A stretch of 64,000 nt of DNA from Mustelus asterias (taxonomy: Eukaryota): the NCBI RefSeq assembly GCF_964213995.1, contig NC_135824.1, positions 33,418,001-33,482,000 on the forward strand, read 5' to 3'. Shown here piece by piece: positions 9,515-21,113 of the stretch (positions are counted from its first letter, which is position 1; the number at the start of each line of letters is the position of its first letter). The notes below the pieces were generated by a model, which was not told the origin of the DNA, ran no database searches, and saw nothing but the letters and a program-made list of their open reading frames with translations. Both the position numbers and the translations under genes were made by a program.

Positions 9515-10242
9515 TAGGACACTAGGAAGTTCTGTGGAACAAAGGGACCTTGTCCACAGATCTCTGAAAGCGGAAGGGCATGTTAGTAGGGTGGTGGAAA
9601 GCCCTATGAGACACTTGCCTTTATCAATCGAGGCATAGATTACAAGAGCAGGGAAGTCATGTTGGAGTTGTATAGAACTTTGGTGAGGCCACAGCTAGAC
9701 TACTGTGTGAGTTCTGGTCGCCACATTATCAGAAAGATGTGATTGCACTGGAGAGGGTGCAGAGGAGATTCACCAGGATGCTGCCTGGGATGGAATATTT
9801 AAGTTATGAAGAGAGGTTGGATAGGCTAGGGTTGTTTTCATTGGAGCAGAGAAGACTGAAGGGCGGCCTGATTGAGGTGTACAAGATTATGAGGGACATG
9901 GACAGAGTGGATAAGGAGCAGCTGTTCCCCTTAGTTGAAGGGTCAGTCACGAAGGGACATAGGTTCAAGGTGAGGGGCAGGAGGTTGAGGGGGGATGTGA
10001 GGAAAAACGTTTTTACCCAGAGTGTGGTGACAGCTTGGAATGCGCTGCCTGGGAGGGTGGTGGAGGCGGGTTGCCTCACATCCTTTAAAAAGTATCTGGA
10101 TGAGCACTTGGCACGCCATAACATTCAGGGCTATGGGCCAAGTGCTGGCAGATGGGAGATGGCAGGTGGGAGTTCAGGTGTTCCTAATGTGTCGGTGTGG
10201 CCTTGATGGTCTGAAGAGCCTCTTCTGTGCTGTATGCTTGTT
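9515..10242 (+). mobile_element. 5'-truncated CR1 (ORF2 C-terminal region)
   Basis: ORF 9739-10206 ALERVQRRFTRMLPG...YEERL...WNALP is homologous to the C-terminus of ORF 446-3265. Confidence 0.9.
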
Positions 10243-10243
10243 C

Positions 10244-12300
10244 TGAGGAGAGATTGAGAAAACTGAATCTGTATTCTCGAGAGTTTCGAAGACTGAGAGG
10301 TGATTTTATTGAAACATACCAAATTCTTACAGGTTTTGACAGGGTAGATGCAGGAAAGATGTTTCCCATGGTTGGGGGGGGTGGCGTGGGGGTGAGAGGG
10401 GTCCAGAACAGGGGTCTCAGTCTCAGAATAAGAGGTAGGCCACTTGGGACTGAGATTTAGAGGAATTTCTTCAGTCAGAGAGTGATGAATCTTGGGAATT
10501 CTCTACCTGAGAGGGCTGTGGAGACTCAGTCATAGAATCATAGAATCCTACCGTGCAGAAGGGGGCCATTTGGCACAATCCCACCCAGGCCCTATCCCCA
10601 TAACCCCATGCATTTACCTTAGCGAGTCTCCCTGACACTAAGGGGCAATTAAGTATGACCAATCCATCTAACCCACACATCTTTGGAGTGTGAGAGGAAA
10701 CCGGAGGAAACCCACGCAGACACGGGGAGTATGGATTCATGGATTCATGAAGGGAAAGTCGTGTTTGACGAATCTACTGGACTTTTATGAAGATGTCACT
10801 AGTGCGGTTGACAGAGGGGAACCGGTGGATGTGGTGTTTTTAGATTTCCAGAAGGCGTTCGATAAGGTGCCTCACAAAAGGTTGCTGCAGAAGATTGGGG
10901 TACACGGAGTTAGGGGTAAGGTGTTGGCGTGGATTGGAGATTGGCTATCTAACAGGAAGCAGAGAGTTGGGATAAATGGGTGCTTTTCTGGTTGGCAGTT
11001 GGTGACCAGTGGCGTGCCGCAGGGATCGGTGCTGGGGCCTCAATTGTTTACCATTTACATAGATGATCTGGAGGAGGGGACTGAATCTAGGGTATTCAAG
11101 TTTGCTGATGACACGAAGGTGAGTGGGAAAGCGAATTGCGTGGAGGACGCGGAAAGTCTGCAGAGAGATTTGGATAGGCTGAGCGAGTGGGCGAGGATCT
11201 GGCAGATGGAATATAACATTAGCAAATGTGAGGTTATCCACTTTGGAAGAAATAATAGTAAATTGGAATATTATTTAAATGGAGAAAAATTACATTGTGC
11301 GACTGTGCAGAGGGACCTGGGGGTCCTTGTGCACGAATCGCAAAAACTCAGTCTGCAGGTGCAGCAGGTGATCAAGAAGATGAATGGAATGTTGGCCTTT
11401 ATCGCGAGGGGGATAGAATATAAAAGCAGGGAGGTCTTGCTGCAACTGTACAAGGCACTGGTGAGGCCGCAACTGGAGTACTGTGTGCAGTTTTGGTCCC
11501 CTTATTTGCGAAAGGATATATTGGCCTTGGGGGGAGTGCAGAGAAGGTTCATCAAGTTGATACCGGAGATGAGGGGTGTAGTTTATGAGGAGAGATTAAA
11601 CAGATTGGGTCTGTACTCGTTGGAGTTTAGAAGGATGAGGGGTGATCTTATAGAGACATATAAGATAATGAAGGGGCTGGATAGGGTAGAGGTGGAGAGA
11701 TTCTTTCCACTTAGAAGGGAAACCAGAACTAGAGGGCACAGCCTCAAAATAAGGGGGGGCCGGTTCAGAACAGAGTTGAGGGGGAACTTCTTCTCTCAGA
11801 GGGTAGTGAATCTCTGGAATTCTCTGCCCATTGAAGTGGGCTTCCTCGTTGAATATGTTTAAATCACGGGTAGATAGTTTTCTGATCGATAAGGGAATTA
11901 GGGGTTATGGGGAGCAGGCGGGTAAGTGGAACTGATTCGCTTCAGATCAGCCATGATCTTGTTGAATGGCGGGGCAGGCTCGAAGGGCCAGATGGCCTAC
12001 TCCTGCTCCTATTTCTTATGTTCTTATGAGCTAACTCCACACAGACAGTGGCCCAAGCCGGGAATCAAACCTGGGTTCAATTATGGAGCTGCGAGGCAGC
12101 AGTGCTAACCACTGTGCCACTGTGCCGCCCACAGTCATTGCACATGTTTAAAGCAGGGGTCAATAGATTTCTGGATCCCAATGATATTAAGGAATATGGG
12201 AAAGTGCAGGAAGGCTGGTGTTGAGGTAGAAGATCGACCATGATCTAGTTAAATGGCAGAGCAGGCTCGAGGAGCCAAGTGATCCACTCCTATGTTCCAT
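10244..12300 (+). mobile_element. Old CR1 3' fragment (10244-10533 + 12132-12300) hosting a minus-strand HE1-like SINE (10534-12130), which itself hosts a younger CR1
   Basis: CAGTCAT is duplicated at 10527-10533 and 12132-12138. The SINE halves join across the inner CR1. Confidence 0.8.
10737..12028 (+). mobile_element. 5'-truncated CR1 (RT region to 3' end)
   Basis: HGFMKGKSCLTNL, DFQKAFD, GVPQGSVLGP, FADD in ORF 10690-11862. Tail (TTCTTATG)2. Confidence 0.93.
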
Positions 12301-12970
12301 TCCTCTGAGTAATTCCCCTCATTAGCTAAACAGAATATCAATTTGGATTTTTGAACCAAAATATAAAGATTTACTCGAATTAAAAAGCCTGATTATAGTG
12401 ACTCTGGAAAGTTAGTTCTTGCAAAGCTAAAATCTGACATTTTATTTTGGCTTCAGTTATATTTTGATGTTCCGGTCTCAGAATAGTCTGTCTCTTGTGG
12501 GATAACGTTTTACAAAAGTCTATTGAGAACAATTGCCAGCAGTTCAGAAGTCAAGATATCGCCCCTTTTCCATTAATGTCTTAGAACAATGCTGAGTTCC
12601 TCCTCAGCACAGCTGCGACAGCTTAGAACAGGGACAAGGGAATTTTTTCAAAACAGGAATTCAGGATCTGAGTTCCTCTTCCGTGATTTAATCTGAGATC
12701 CAAAGTGATCTTTTTTTAACTGGCTGAGTTTGAACTCAGGCCCCCAGTTAGCCATGGTTACAGACTGTTGGCCAAGGAGCACCACCCAGATTTTCATTTT
12801 GTTCCCGGACTGTAGCTGATTAGAGCTTCCATCAACAACCCATTAAAGTAAACCAGAGTTTAATTAAACCTGCATCAACTAAGATTCATGCTGTGGTATT
12901 GTATTCCAAATAATGTCCCTTCCAACTGTCTCCAGCTCCTTAATCTGTCATTCTTTTTTCACTCCATCAG

Positions 12971-13181
12971 ATGGGCCACAAGATCATGGAGACCGTGCAG
13001 TGCTACTTGTGGAGTTGGCATACAGACACGAGATGTTTACTGTAAACGCCCAGTGGCCCACGTTGTTGAGGAGTCCGTCAAGGTTGCTGACGAGGAGTGT
13101 TCGGATCCGAAACCCCCCGAGTTACAGGCCTGCAACCAAATTGACTGCCCTCCTTCATGGCATGAGGGAGAATGGCAACCG
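12971..13181 (+). CDS. ADAMTSL3: ADAMTS-like protein 3, internal exon (TSR repeat), phase 2-0
   Basis: Acceptor ttttttcactccatcag| and donor ccg|gtaggt. Encodes (R)WATRSWRPCSATCGVGIQTRDVYC...QACNQIDCPPSWHEGEWQP, matching my recollection of ADAMTSL3. Confidence 0.93.
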
Positions 13182-14196
13182 GTAGGTGATATCCCATCAA
13201 GTTGCCAAGAATAGACTGTTGTCGCCATAATCTTGCTCCTTCGGACCCTGCCAAGATTTAAATACTTGGTTTCTCCATGGACCAATGCAGATTTATTGAC
13301 AGTATTTCACACAATCTGCATGCATTCTAAAGGAAGTACTAAACTAAGATTATTGTAACCCTGGTGACACATGGGGCCGGATTCTGCAACCTCGCTCGCA
13401 GCTGGGATTCTCCCGTCCCGCTGCAGTGAACGAAGATTTGGCTGAGCGCCAAATTCTCCATTCTCGCTGGCAGTAGCAGTGGGGCATGAACGGGGTGAGT
13501 TGGGGGCCTGACTGGATCAGATTCACCACTGGTTTTGCACCACGTTGGAATTAACAGAGAGTAACATTGGGCAGGGTGTACAGAGCAGCATTCTACCTGA
13601 TCCTGTGGTGTATCCCACCCAGTGAGTTAGGTTAAGTAACCCTCCCTGTCGTCTCAGCCTGCAGAACGAGTCCATTTACACAAGATGGTTTGCAGTCAGA
13701 TCAAGTTGATTTGGGCTGAATGCAGGATCTTCGAATGAAGCAATCAGCTCTGCTGGAACCAAGTACACTTGCCAGACGCTATCAGGTTGCCAATGCAGCG
13801 CTTTTCTTCTGGGAAGGAATGGCTGGGGATTTGGTTCAGACTGTTTACACCAGTCTGATTCAAATTGCACTGGTTCACAGCCAGCAGCAGGAGGTGATAG
13901 TTACTCGAAACTAATCTAGGAGTAAATAACTCCACTGCCTTTGCACTGAGCACGCTGACGTGAAGCAGCTGCAGGTTTAGAATGGACATGAGTTTGAAAC
14001 TGAATCAGAAAAACAAAAACCTGAATCTGAGATAGCATTTCAAAAAGAGAAGCGTCGCCCTGAAAGACAGTGAGCATGGAAATTCCAAAGTGACCCGGAG
14101 AGAATGTTATGATGTGAAATGATGTCAAGAAACAAAGCGTTTGAAGCAATCCCAGGGTTCTTTATGCTCAGCACACCATAGGCTACACTATAGTTC

Positions 14197-14533
14197 ATCG
14201 AATCTCTACAGTGCAGAGGGAGGCCATTCGGCCCATCGAGTCTGCACCGACCACAATCCCACCCAGGTCCTATCCCTGTAACTCCACATACTAACTCTCT
14301 AATCCCTCTAATTTACGCATCCCGGGACACTAAGGGGCAATTTAGCATGGCCAATTCACCTAACCCGCACACCTTTGGAGTGTGGGAGGAAACCGGAGCA
14401 CCCGGAGGAAAATCACGCAGACACGAGGAGAATGTGGCAAACTCCACACAGACAGTGACCCAAGCCAGGAATCGAACCTGGGTGCCTGGCTCTGTGGGGC
14501 AGCAGTGCTAACCGCTGTGCCACCGTGCCGTCC
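14197..14533 (-). mobile_element. HE1-like V-SINE, full length
   Basis: Reverse complement of head, V-domain and CR1-type tail. Confidence 0.9.
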
Positions 14534-14822
14534 CTTGTTGAAGAAATTATGTAACATGCCATACTGCCATTGGCAGATTTTTTCAGAATCTTTTGTGTGA
14601 GGTGCACTCGAATAGTGTAGCGGACATTTCATGAAATATTTAGTCTGAATGGAGACCACATATTGAGGCCATTTGGAAACCCTTTTCCAGGCTAGAAGTA
14701 GAGTTGTCTTCAATGTCAGAATTTGGTGGGCAGATTGTAGTTTTTAAATAACACTGAGACTGTTAAATCGAATGTTGAAAGATACTCCATTCCTTTTGTT
14801 TAATATATTGATCTTTATATAT

Positions 14823-14959
14823 TGGCTGGAACTTTCTGGCCATTCACGCCCCACCGCCGCTGTAAGCGAGGACGGAGAATTTGGCGCTCAGCCACATCTC
14901 TGTTCACTGCTGCGGGACTGGAGAATCCCGCTGGCGTGAACGGCCGGAAAATTCCACCC
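14823..14959. mobile_element. Short GC-rich palindromic MITE-like element; related copies ~13373-13490, 16301-16494, 16674-16810, 55168-55292
   Basis: Imperfect TIRs GGCTGGAACTTTCTGGCCATTCACGCC / GGCGTGAACGGCCGGAAAATTCCACCC. Internal sequence is shared with the 13373 and 16674 copies. Confidence 0.6.
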
Positions 14960-15058
14960 ACGCTCTTTAAGGTTCCTAACATAGAGCAAGCAAATTCGGA
15001 AATGTTAATGTACCCCTGCTGACAAGTTAATGTTCTCTTGTGACATCTCTCATTGCAG

Positions 15059-15238
15059 TGCTCACGAACATGTGGAAGAGGAGTACAATCTCGCAAAGTC
15101 ACATGCAAACAGCTTCTGACCGATGGTAGTTTTCTCAGCCTTGCTGATGAGCTTTGCCTCGATCACAAGCCCCAGATGCAGCAGGCTTGTGCCAATACCG
15201 ATTGCCCACCACACCTGGCATTAGGGAAGTGGTCCAAG
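15059..15238 (+). CDS. ADAMTSL3: ADAMTS-like protein 3, internal exon (TSR repeat), 180 nt, phase 0-0
   Basis: Acceptor ctctcattgcag| and donor aag|gtaaac. Encodes CSRTCGRGVQSRKVTCKQLLTDGSFLSLADELC...TDCPPHLALGKWSK. Confidence 0.94.
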
Positions 15239-16964
15239 GTAAACAGGTTTGGAATGACTCAACAAAGAACGAAATTGATGCCTGATTATTGTGCCTCTGT
15301 GTATACATGCTTTTTAGGGACCTGGGTTTGATTGCCGGCTTGGGTCACTGTCTGTGCGGAGTCTGCACGTTCTCCCCGTGTCTGCATGGGTTTCCTCCGG
15401 GTGCTCCAATTTCATCCCACAGTCCAAAAGATGTGCTAGGTACATTGGCTATGCTAAGTTCTCCCTCAGTGTACCCGAACAGGCGCCGGAGTGTGGCAAC
15501 TAGGGGATTTTCACAGTAACTTCATTGCAGTGTTAATGTAAGCCGACTTGTGACACTGATAAATAAACTTTAACTTCAAGACTTTTTTATTTGACATGTG
15601 GATTATGTACAGGCTTGCACCTTTTGCAAAGTTCATCATCTTTATGTCTTGCTGAATCCTTCGACAAAAAAGCTGAGTACTCTCGTATTCTGCTTACAAT
15701 ATCTAACAATTTTTTGGTTCAGTAATCATACAACCCCATTGGCATTGACCTGGGCTGTAGAAAGAAAGCATTCTGCTGGTACCTGTTGAAATAGTGTATC
15801 CATTAGATGTCTTAACCAGTAATATTAACAAGGCAAAAGATGATAACAAAGAACAAAGAAAAATACAGCACAGGAACAGGCCCTTCGGCCCTCCAACCCC
15901 CTGCCGAAAAGACACCCCACCGGCGCTCCGTCAGCCAAACTTCACAGCTCTCTGTTGGGGAATTGAACCCCAGTCTCCTGCATGACAGGCGGGGACACTA
16001 ACCATTACACTAGTGAGGAACTGCCACAGGTGCCACACTGTGGGTTTTGAACCAACTCGACGCAGATTTATTAACAAGGTGTTACCTGATTGAAATCCAA
16101 ACATGGAAGAGAGATAAAAACCCACGAATATCTCTGGTGGTGTCACAGCACGTCATGTGACTAATCACACACAGATGCGTTGCGTTACAATACACAGCAG
16201 ACAGTAAGCTCGATTATATCACACAGGAAGGGAAGCAAAAAGAGTTGCCATGCAGTACAAGGATGTTTATTGGAGGTGATTGAATTATGGTCAAAGAATA
16301 GGGGTCGGAATTATCCGGCTGTTCACACCGGTGGGATTCTCCAGTCCCGCTGGCAGCGCACCCTTGCCTGTGGGGTTTCCCGCAATGGGAATTCCTATTG
16401 ACAGCGGCAGGGCCAGAAAATTCCGCCGCTAGCAAACACTGCGCCACCTCCCTCCGGCGGAAAACGTGCGGCTGAGGTGTCGGAGGATCCCACCCAAAAT
16501 GCTTGAGGCATTTGAAAGTAGAATGTGATACAGACAAGTTGGTTGTTTCGGGAAGCGTTGCAGAGAGCAGGGCCATGATGACTTGAAGGTTGTCTCAGTG
16601 AGGGAGAAACAGTGGGGAAGCCGGAGATGGATGACCAGAGAAGGACCTGTTGGAGGGATCACAAGAAAATACATTGGCCGCTATTCTCCGGTTTCGTATG
16701 CCCTGCCAGTGCTTCCAGCGAGAATGGAGAATTTAGCGTTCAGCCAAATCTCCATTCACTGCAGCGGGACCGGAGAATCCCAGCCGCGGGCGAGATTGGA
16801 GAATTCCGACTATGGTAACATGACTCGGGTGAGAGGAAAGCTGATGTGAACTGAGGCTGTGACAACAAGACAAATAATCTCATCATTGGGATGCAAGAAT
16901 CGGTGCACTCCTCTCACAAGTTCAGCAATTTAAAATAATGATAATGTACGGTATGATGATGATT

Positions 16965-17292
16965 GGGCAGCATGGTGGCACAGTGGTTAGCACTGCTGCC
17001 TCACAGCACCAGGGACCCAGATTCGATTCTGGCCTCGGGTCACTGCCTGTGTGGAGTTTGCACATTCTCCCCATGTCAGTGTGGGTTTCCTCCGGGTGCT
17101 CCGGTTTCCTTCCACGGTCCGAAAGATGTGTGGGTTCGGTGGATTGGCCATGCTAAATTGCCCCTTATTATCAGGGGGACTAGCTGGGGTAAATGCATGG
17201 GATGATAGGGATAGGGCTTGGGTGGGATTGTGGTCGGTGCAGATTTGATGGGCCGAATGGCCTCCTTCTGCACTGTAGGACTCTATGATTCT
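16965..17292 (+). mobile_element. HE1-like V-SINE, full length
   Basis: GGGCAGCATGGTGGCACAGTGGTTAGC head through CTCTATGATTCT tail. Confidence 0.9.
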
Positions 17293-17445
17293 ACATATCT
17301 ATTTCAGCTGAACGAACCCTTCATATATAAATTTAACTCAGTTTTAATTGTGTGTAATTTGAGTATTCTTCCCATGATTTCTGGCAGTGAAAATTTAGAT
17401 GAATGATAGCTTAGAAATAATTTTTATGTTGTCATTTCTTTCCAG

Positions 17446-17599
17446 TGCTCTGTAAGCTGTGACGAAGGTACCCAGAGCAGAGAATGGGTCTGTCAGAAAC
17501 TCACAACAGCTGGCCGGTTGGTCCCAGTAAATCGCGATCTCTGCAATGTCCTCGCCAAACCATCCGTAATCCAGGCCTGCAGAATGCCTACCTGTAAAA
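17446..17599 (+). CDS. ADAMTSL3: ADAMTS-like protein 3, internal exon (TSR repeat), 154 nt, phase 0-1; absent from the ORF track
   Basis: Acceptor catttctttccag| and donor aaaa|gtaagt. Encodes CSVSCDEGTQSREWVCQKLTTAGRLVPVNRDLCNVLAKPSVIQACRMPTCK. Phases fit both neighbours. Confidence 0.92.
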
Positions 17600-17665
17600 G
17601 TAAGTCCACTCAACACCCAGAATCATTTTACACCCAAATTAACACCTTGTGCTACTTGTAGACAA

Positions 17666-17905
17666 AATACAAAAGAACAAAGAAAATTACAGCACGAAAA
17701 CAGGCCCTTCGGCCTCCACTGACCATGCTGCCCATCTGAACCCCCTATCCTTCGGGGGATCGTATCCTTCTATTCCCATTCTATTCATGTATTTATCCAG
17801 ATGTCCCTTAAGAGTCACTATCGTATCTGCTTCCACTACCTCACCCCCCAGCAGCGAGTTCCAGGCACCCACCACCCTCTGTGTTTTTAAAAAAACTTGC
17901 TTCGT
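17666..17905 (-). mobile_element. CR1 3' fragment
   Basis: ORF 17687-17875 VGAWNSL...LDKYMNRMGIEGY with a CR1 tail (GTTCTTT repeats on the minus strand). Confidence 0.8.
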
Positions 17906-18495
17906 ACAATGACAAATAAATGTAACAGCAGAAATAACTGATATTGCAACTAGCCCACTGTAAGGTGCGAGGATTTCTAGGCCCGGCTGACTGATGTTTC
18001 TCTGGGAAGCAGAGTGTTTCGAGCTTGATATATTCCTACAGAAGGATGGATTTGTTTCACAGACTCCCTCATTTGTTCGTTATAAGAATCATATGCAGAT
18101 GTTAAAACGTTCACATTTATGAAAATGTTTTTTTCATTAAGTAAAACAGATTTGTGTTGCTTGACAATTATTTTCCTGGCAAATCACCAGTGTTCAAATG
18201 CCAAACGTCTGCAAGCTCCAACTCTTGAAGCAGGTCCAATAGATTTTAAGAGCTATTGCTTACATTTTAAAGGAAATACGTGAATAACTAAACGTGCGTA
18301 GATTCCAGACGTACACATTTGATACTTTCCAAGTTGTTCATGTATCTTGTGTTTATCAAGGTGACCTTTCTCAGTCCTGGGAAACACATTACTATCTTTC
18401 CTTTCCAGCCACCACAGTGCATTGTCAAGTCAGGTTTAATAGAGACTCTGTCCACGTTAGAATTTCCACTGCATCTTTTGCCATGCTCTCAGTTT

Positions 18496-18845
18496 AGAAA
18501 TCTTAGAAATCTTAGAAACCCTACAGCACAGAAAGAGGCCATTCGGCCCATTGAGTCTGCACCGACCACAATCCCCACCCAGGCCCTACCCCCATATCCC
18601 TACATATTTACCCACTCATCCCTCTAACCAACGCATCCCTGCACACTTAAGGGCAATTTTAGCATGGCCAATCAAACTAACCCGCACATTTTTGGACTGT
18701 GGGAGGAAACCGGAGCACCCGGAGGAAACCCACACAGACACGAGGAGAATGTGCAAACTCCACACAGTGACCCAAGCCGGGAATTGAACCCAGGTCCCTG
18801 GAGCTGTGAAGCAGCAGTGCTAACCACTGTGCTACCGTGCCGCCC
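18496..18845 (-). mobile_element. HE1-like V-SINE, full length
   Basis: Reverse complement of the complete SINE, with tail repeat (TTAGAAATC)2. Confidence 0.9.
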
Positions 18846-19186
18846 ATAGATTGAGGGAATCTAACCTACAGATATTCTTTGACAAAAAGCAAGATGCTCT
18901 CACATGCTCTTTTTACCCTGAAGCCAGCAAAACAGAGGGATGATTTTATATGTTTTGTTTACCTAATGAAATTAATTGCCTCGAGACAGGCAATTGAGAA
19001 GCTGATGTATTTAATGCTCGATAGGCTAATACTGTGCTCCCATCTCAGAGAATCAGGACTGTTCTGACAGAGCTCTGACAAAGGGTCATCCAGACTTGAA
19101 GTGTTGGCTCTATTCCCTCCCCACAGATGCTGTCAACCTTGCTGAGTTTTTCCAGCATTTTCTGTTTTTGTTTCAGATTCCAGCAT

Positions 19187-19600
19187 TTGATTTGATTTAT
19201 TATTGTCCCATGTATTAACATACAGTGAAAAGTATTGTTTCTTGCGCACTATACAGACAAAACATACCGTTCACAGAGAAGGAAACAAGAGAGTGCAGAA
19301 TGTAGTGTTACAGTCATAGTTAGGGTGTAGAGAAAGATCAACTTAATGCAAGGTAAGTCCATTCAAAAGTCTGACGGCAGCAGGGAAGAAGCTGTTCTTG
19401 AGTCGATTGGTACGTGACCTCAGACTTTTGTATCTTTTTCCCGAAGGAAGAAGGTGGAAGAGAGAATGTCCGGGGGGCATGGGATCCTTAATTATGTTGG
19501 CTGCTTTGCCGAGGCAGCAGGAAGTGTAGACAGAGTCAATGGATGGGAGGCTGGTTTGCGTAATGGATTGGGCTACATTCACAACCTTTTGTAGTTTTGT
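19187..19600 (-). mobile_element. Rex1/Babar-like LINE 3' end; other copies ~31120-31470(+), 31962-32085(-), 37620-38442(+, interrupted), 47480-47548(+), 53615-53841(+)
   Basis: ORF 19343-19582 ...IIKDPMPPGHSLFHLLPSGKRYKSLRSRTNRLKNSFFPAAVRLLN. (ATCAA)n tail. AGCAT duplicated at both ends. Confidence 0.7.
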
Positions 19601-19629
19601 AGCATCCGCAGTAGGTTGCCTTTATCAGG

Positions 19630-20079
19630 ACTATTGTGTTTGGTCCTCTCGCCAGCTCACTTTCCCCGCAGAGTGTCTCTTCCCAGGAGAAGGGAATGGG
19701 TGAATTTTCCATCCAACACATCTCCTTTTCCTGTTTTTATTTCCCCTCCTTTTTATGGCTTCCAGGGATGAAAATGTGGTCAGGTAATCTGCGAGCAACT
19801 TTTCACAGACTCCACACTGTTGATCATTTCAAAGGTGCCACAGAATTGTAGATGGGCAATAAATGTTGGCCAGACAGTGACGTCCATTTCTCACAATTGA
19901 ATAAAAAACATCAACCCACTGTAGCTAGCACAAGGATCATTTATGCCACATAAATTGAACTAAATGTTTTGGGAAAGGGTGGAAGAATGAGATCTCTTGA
20001 TAAAATTCACCCATTCTCCTCTCCTGGGAAGAGATGCTTGGATGGAAAGTGAGTTGGAGAGAGGGCCAAACACAATAGT
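19630..20079. repeat. Element with ~80-bp imperfect terminal inverted repeats (MITE-like)
   Basis: 19630-19708 ACTATTGTGTTTGGTCCTCTC...GGGTGAATTTT is the near reverse complement of 20002-20079. Confidence 0.7.
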
Positions 20080-20176
20080 ACTAATTCTCTGAAATGAAAG
20101 CACAGTTAATGCAGCCAGCATTAACTACATCAGCTTCTGAATGGACATGCCAGTCTCAAGGCAATTAATTTTATTA

Positions 20177-20975
20177 GAAATATAGAAACTAGAAGCAGGA
20201 GTAGGCCATTTGGCCCTTCAAGCCTGCTTCACCATTCATTTGATCATGGCTGATCATCAAATTCAATATCCTGATTCCCCTCTTCCTCTCATATCCCTTG
20301 ATCTCTTTAGCCCCAAGATTTTCTTCTTGAAATCACTCACTATTTTGGCCTCATCTACTTTCTGTGGTAGTGAATTCCACACATTCACCACTCTCTGGTT
20401 GAAGAAATTTCTCCTCACAGTTTTATTTATTTTTTTATTCATTTGTGGGACATGGGCATCACTGGCATTTGTTGCCCATCCCTAGTTGCTGGAGGGCAGT
20501 TGAGAGTCAACCACGTTGCTGTGGCTCTGGAATCACATGTAGGCCGACCGGGTAAGGACGGCAGATTTCGTTCCCTGAAGAACATTAGAGAACCAGATGA
20601 GTTTTTCTGACAATCAACAATAGTTTTCATGGTCATCAGTAGATTCTTAATTCCAGATATTCTTTACTGATTTCAAATTCCACCATCTGCTGTGGCGGGA
20701 TTTGAACCCAGGTCAGAACATTAGCTGAGTTTCTGGATTAATAGTCTAACAATAATACCACTAGGCCATCGCCTCCCCTTAAAGGTCCTAAAAGGTTTAC
20801 TCCTTATCCTCAAACTATGACTCCTAGTTCTGGACTCCCCCACCATTGGGAACATTCTTTCTGAATCTACCCTGTCTAACCCTGTTAGAATTTTATAGGT
20901 TTCTATGAGATTCCCCTCTCACTTTTCCAAACTCCAATGAATACAATCCTGACTTAGTCTCTCCTCATATGACAA
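20177..20975 (-). mobile_element. CR1 3' fragment interrupted by a family-3 SINE (20422-20778)
   Basis: Minus-strand CR1 tail (ATAGAAAC...GGAGTAGGCCATT). CR1 sequence continues after the SINE. Confidence 0.75.
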
Positions 20976-21113
20976 AACGTACAATACTAAAAATATATCT
21001 TCAATTTTTGCCATTCTTCTTTAAAAGATACATATTCTTTATGACAAGTTACTTAAATATGCTGCTTCATATTCTGGAGTCCTTTGTTAATGTTTATTTG
21101 TGTACATTTTTAG

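Noticed and set aside
20969-21113. N-terminal hydrophobic extension of the 443-aa ORF
   Set aside because: Intronic T-rich sequence upstream of the acceptor at 21113; not a signal peptide.
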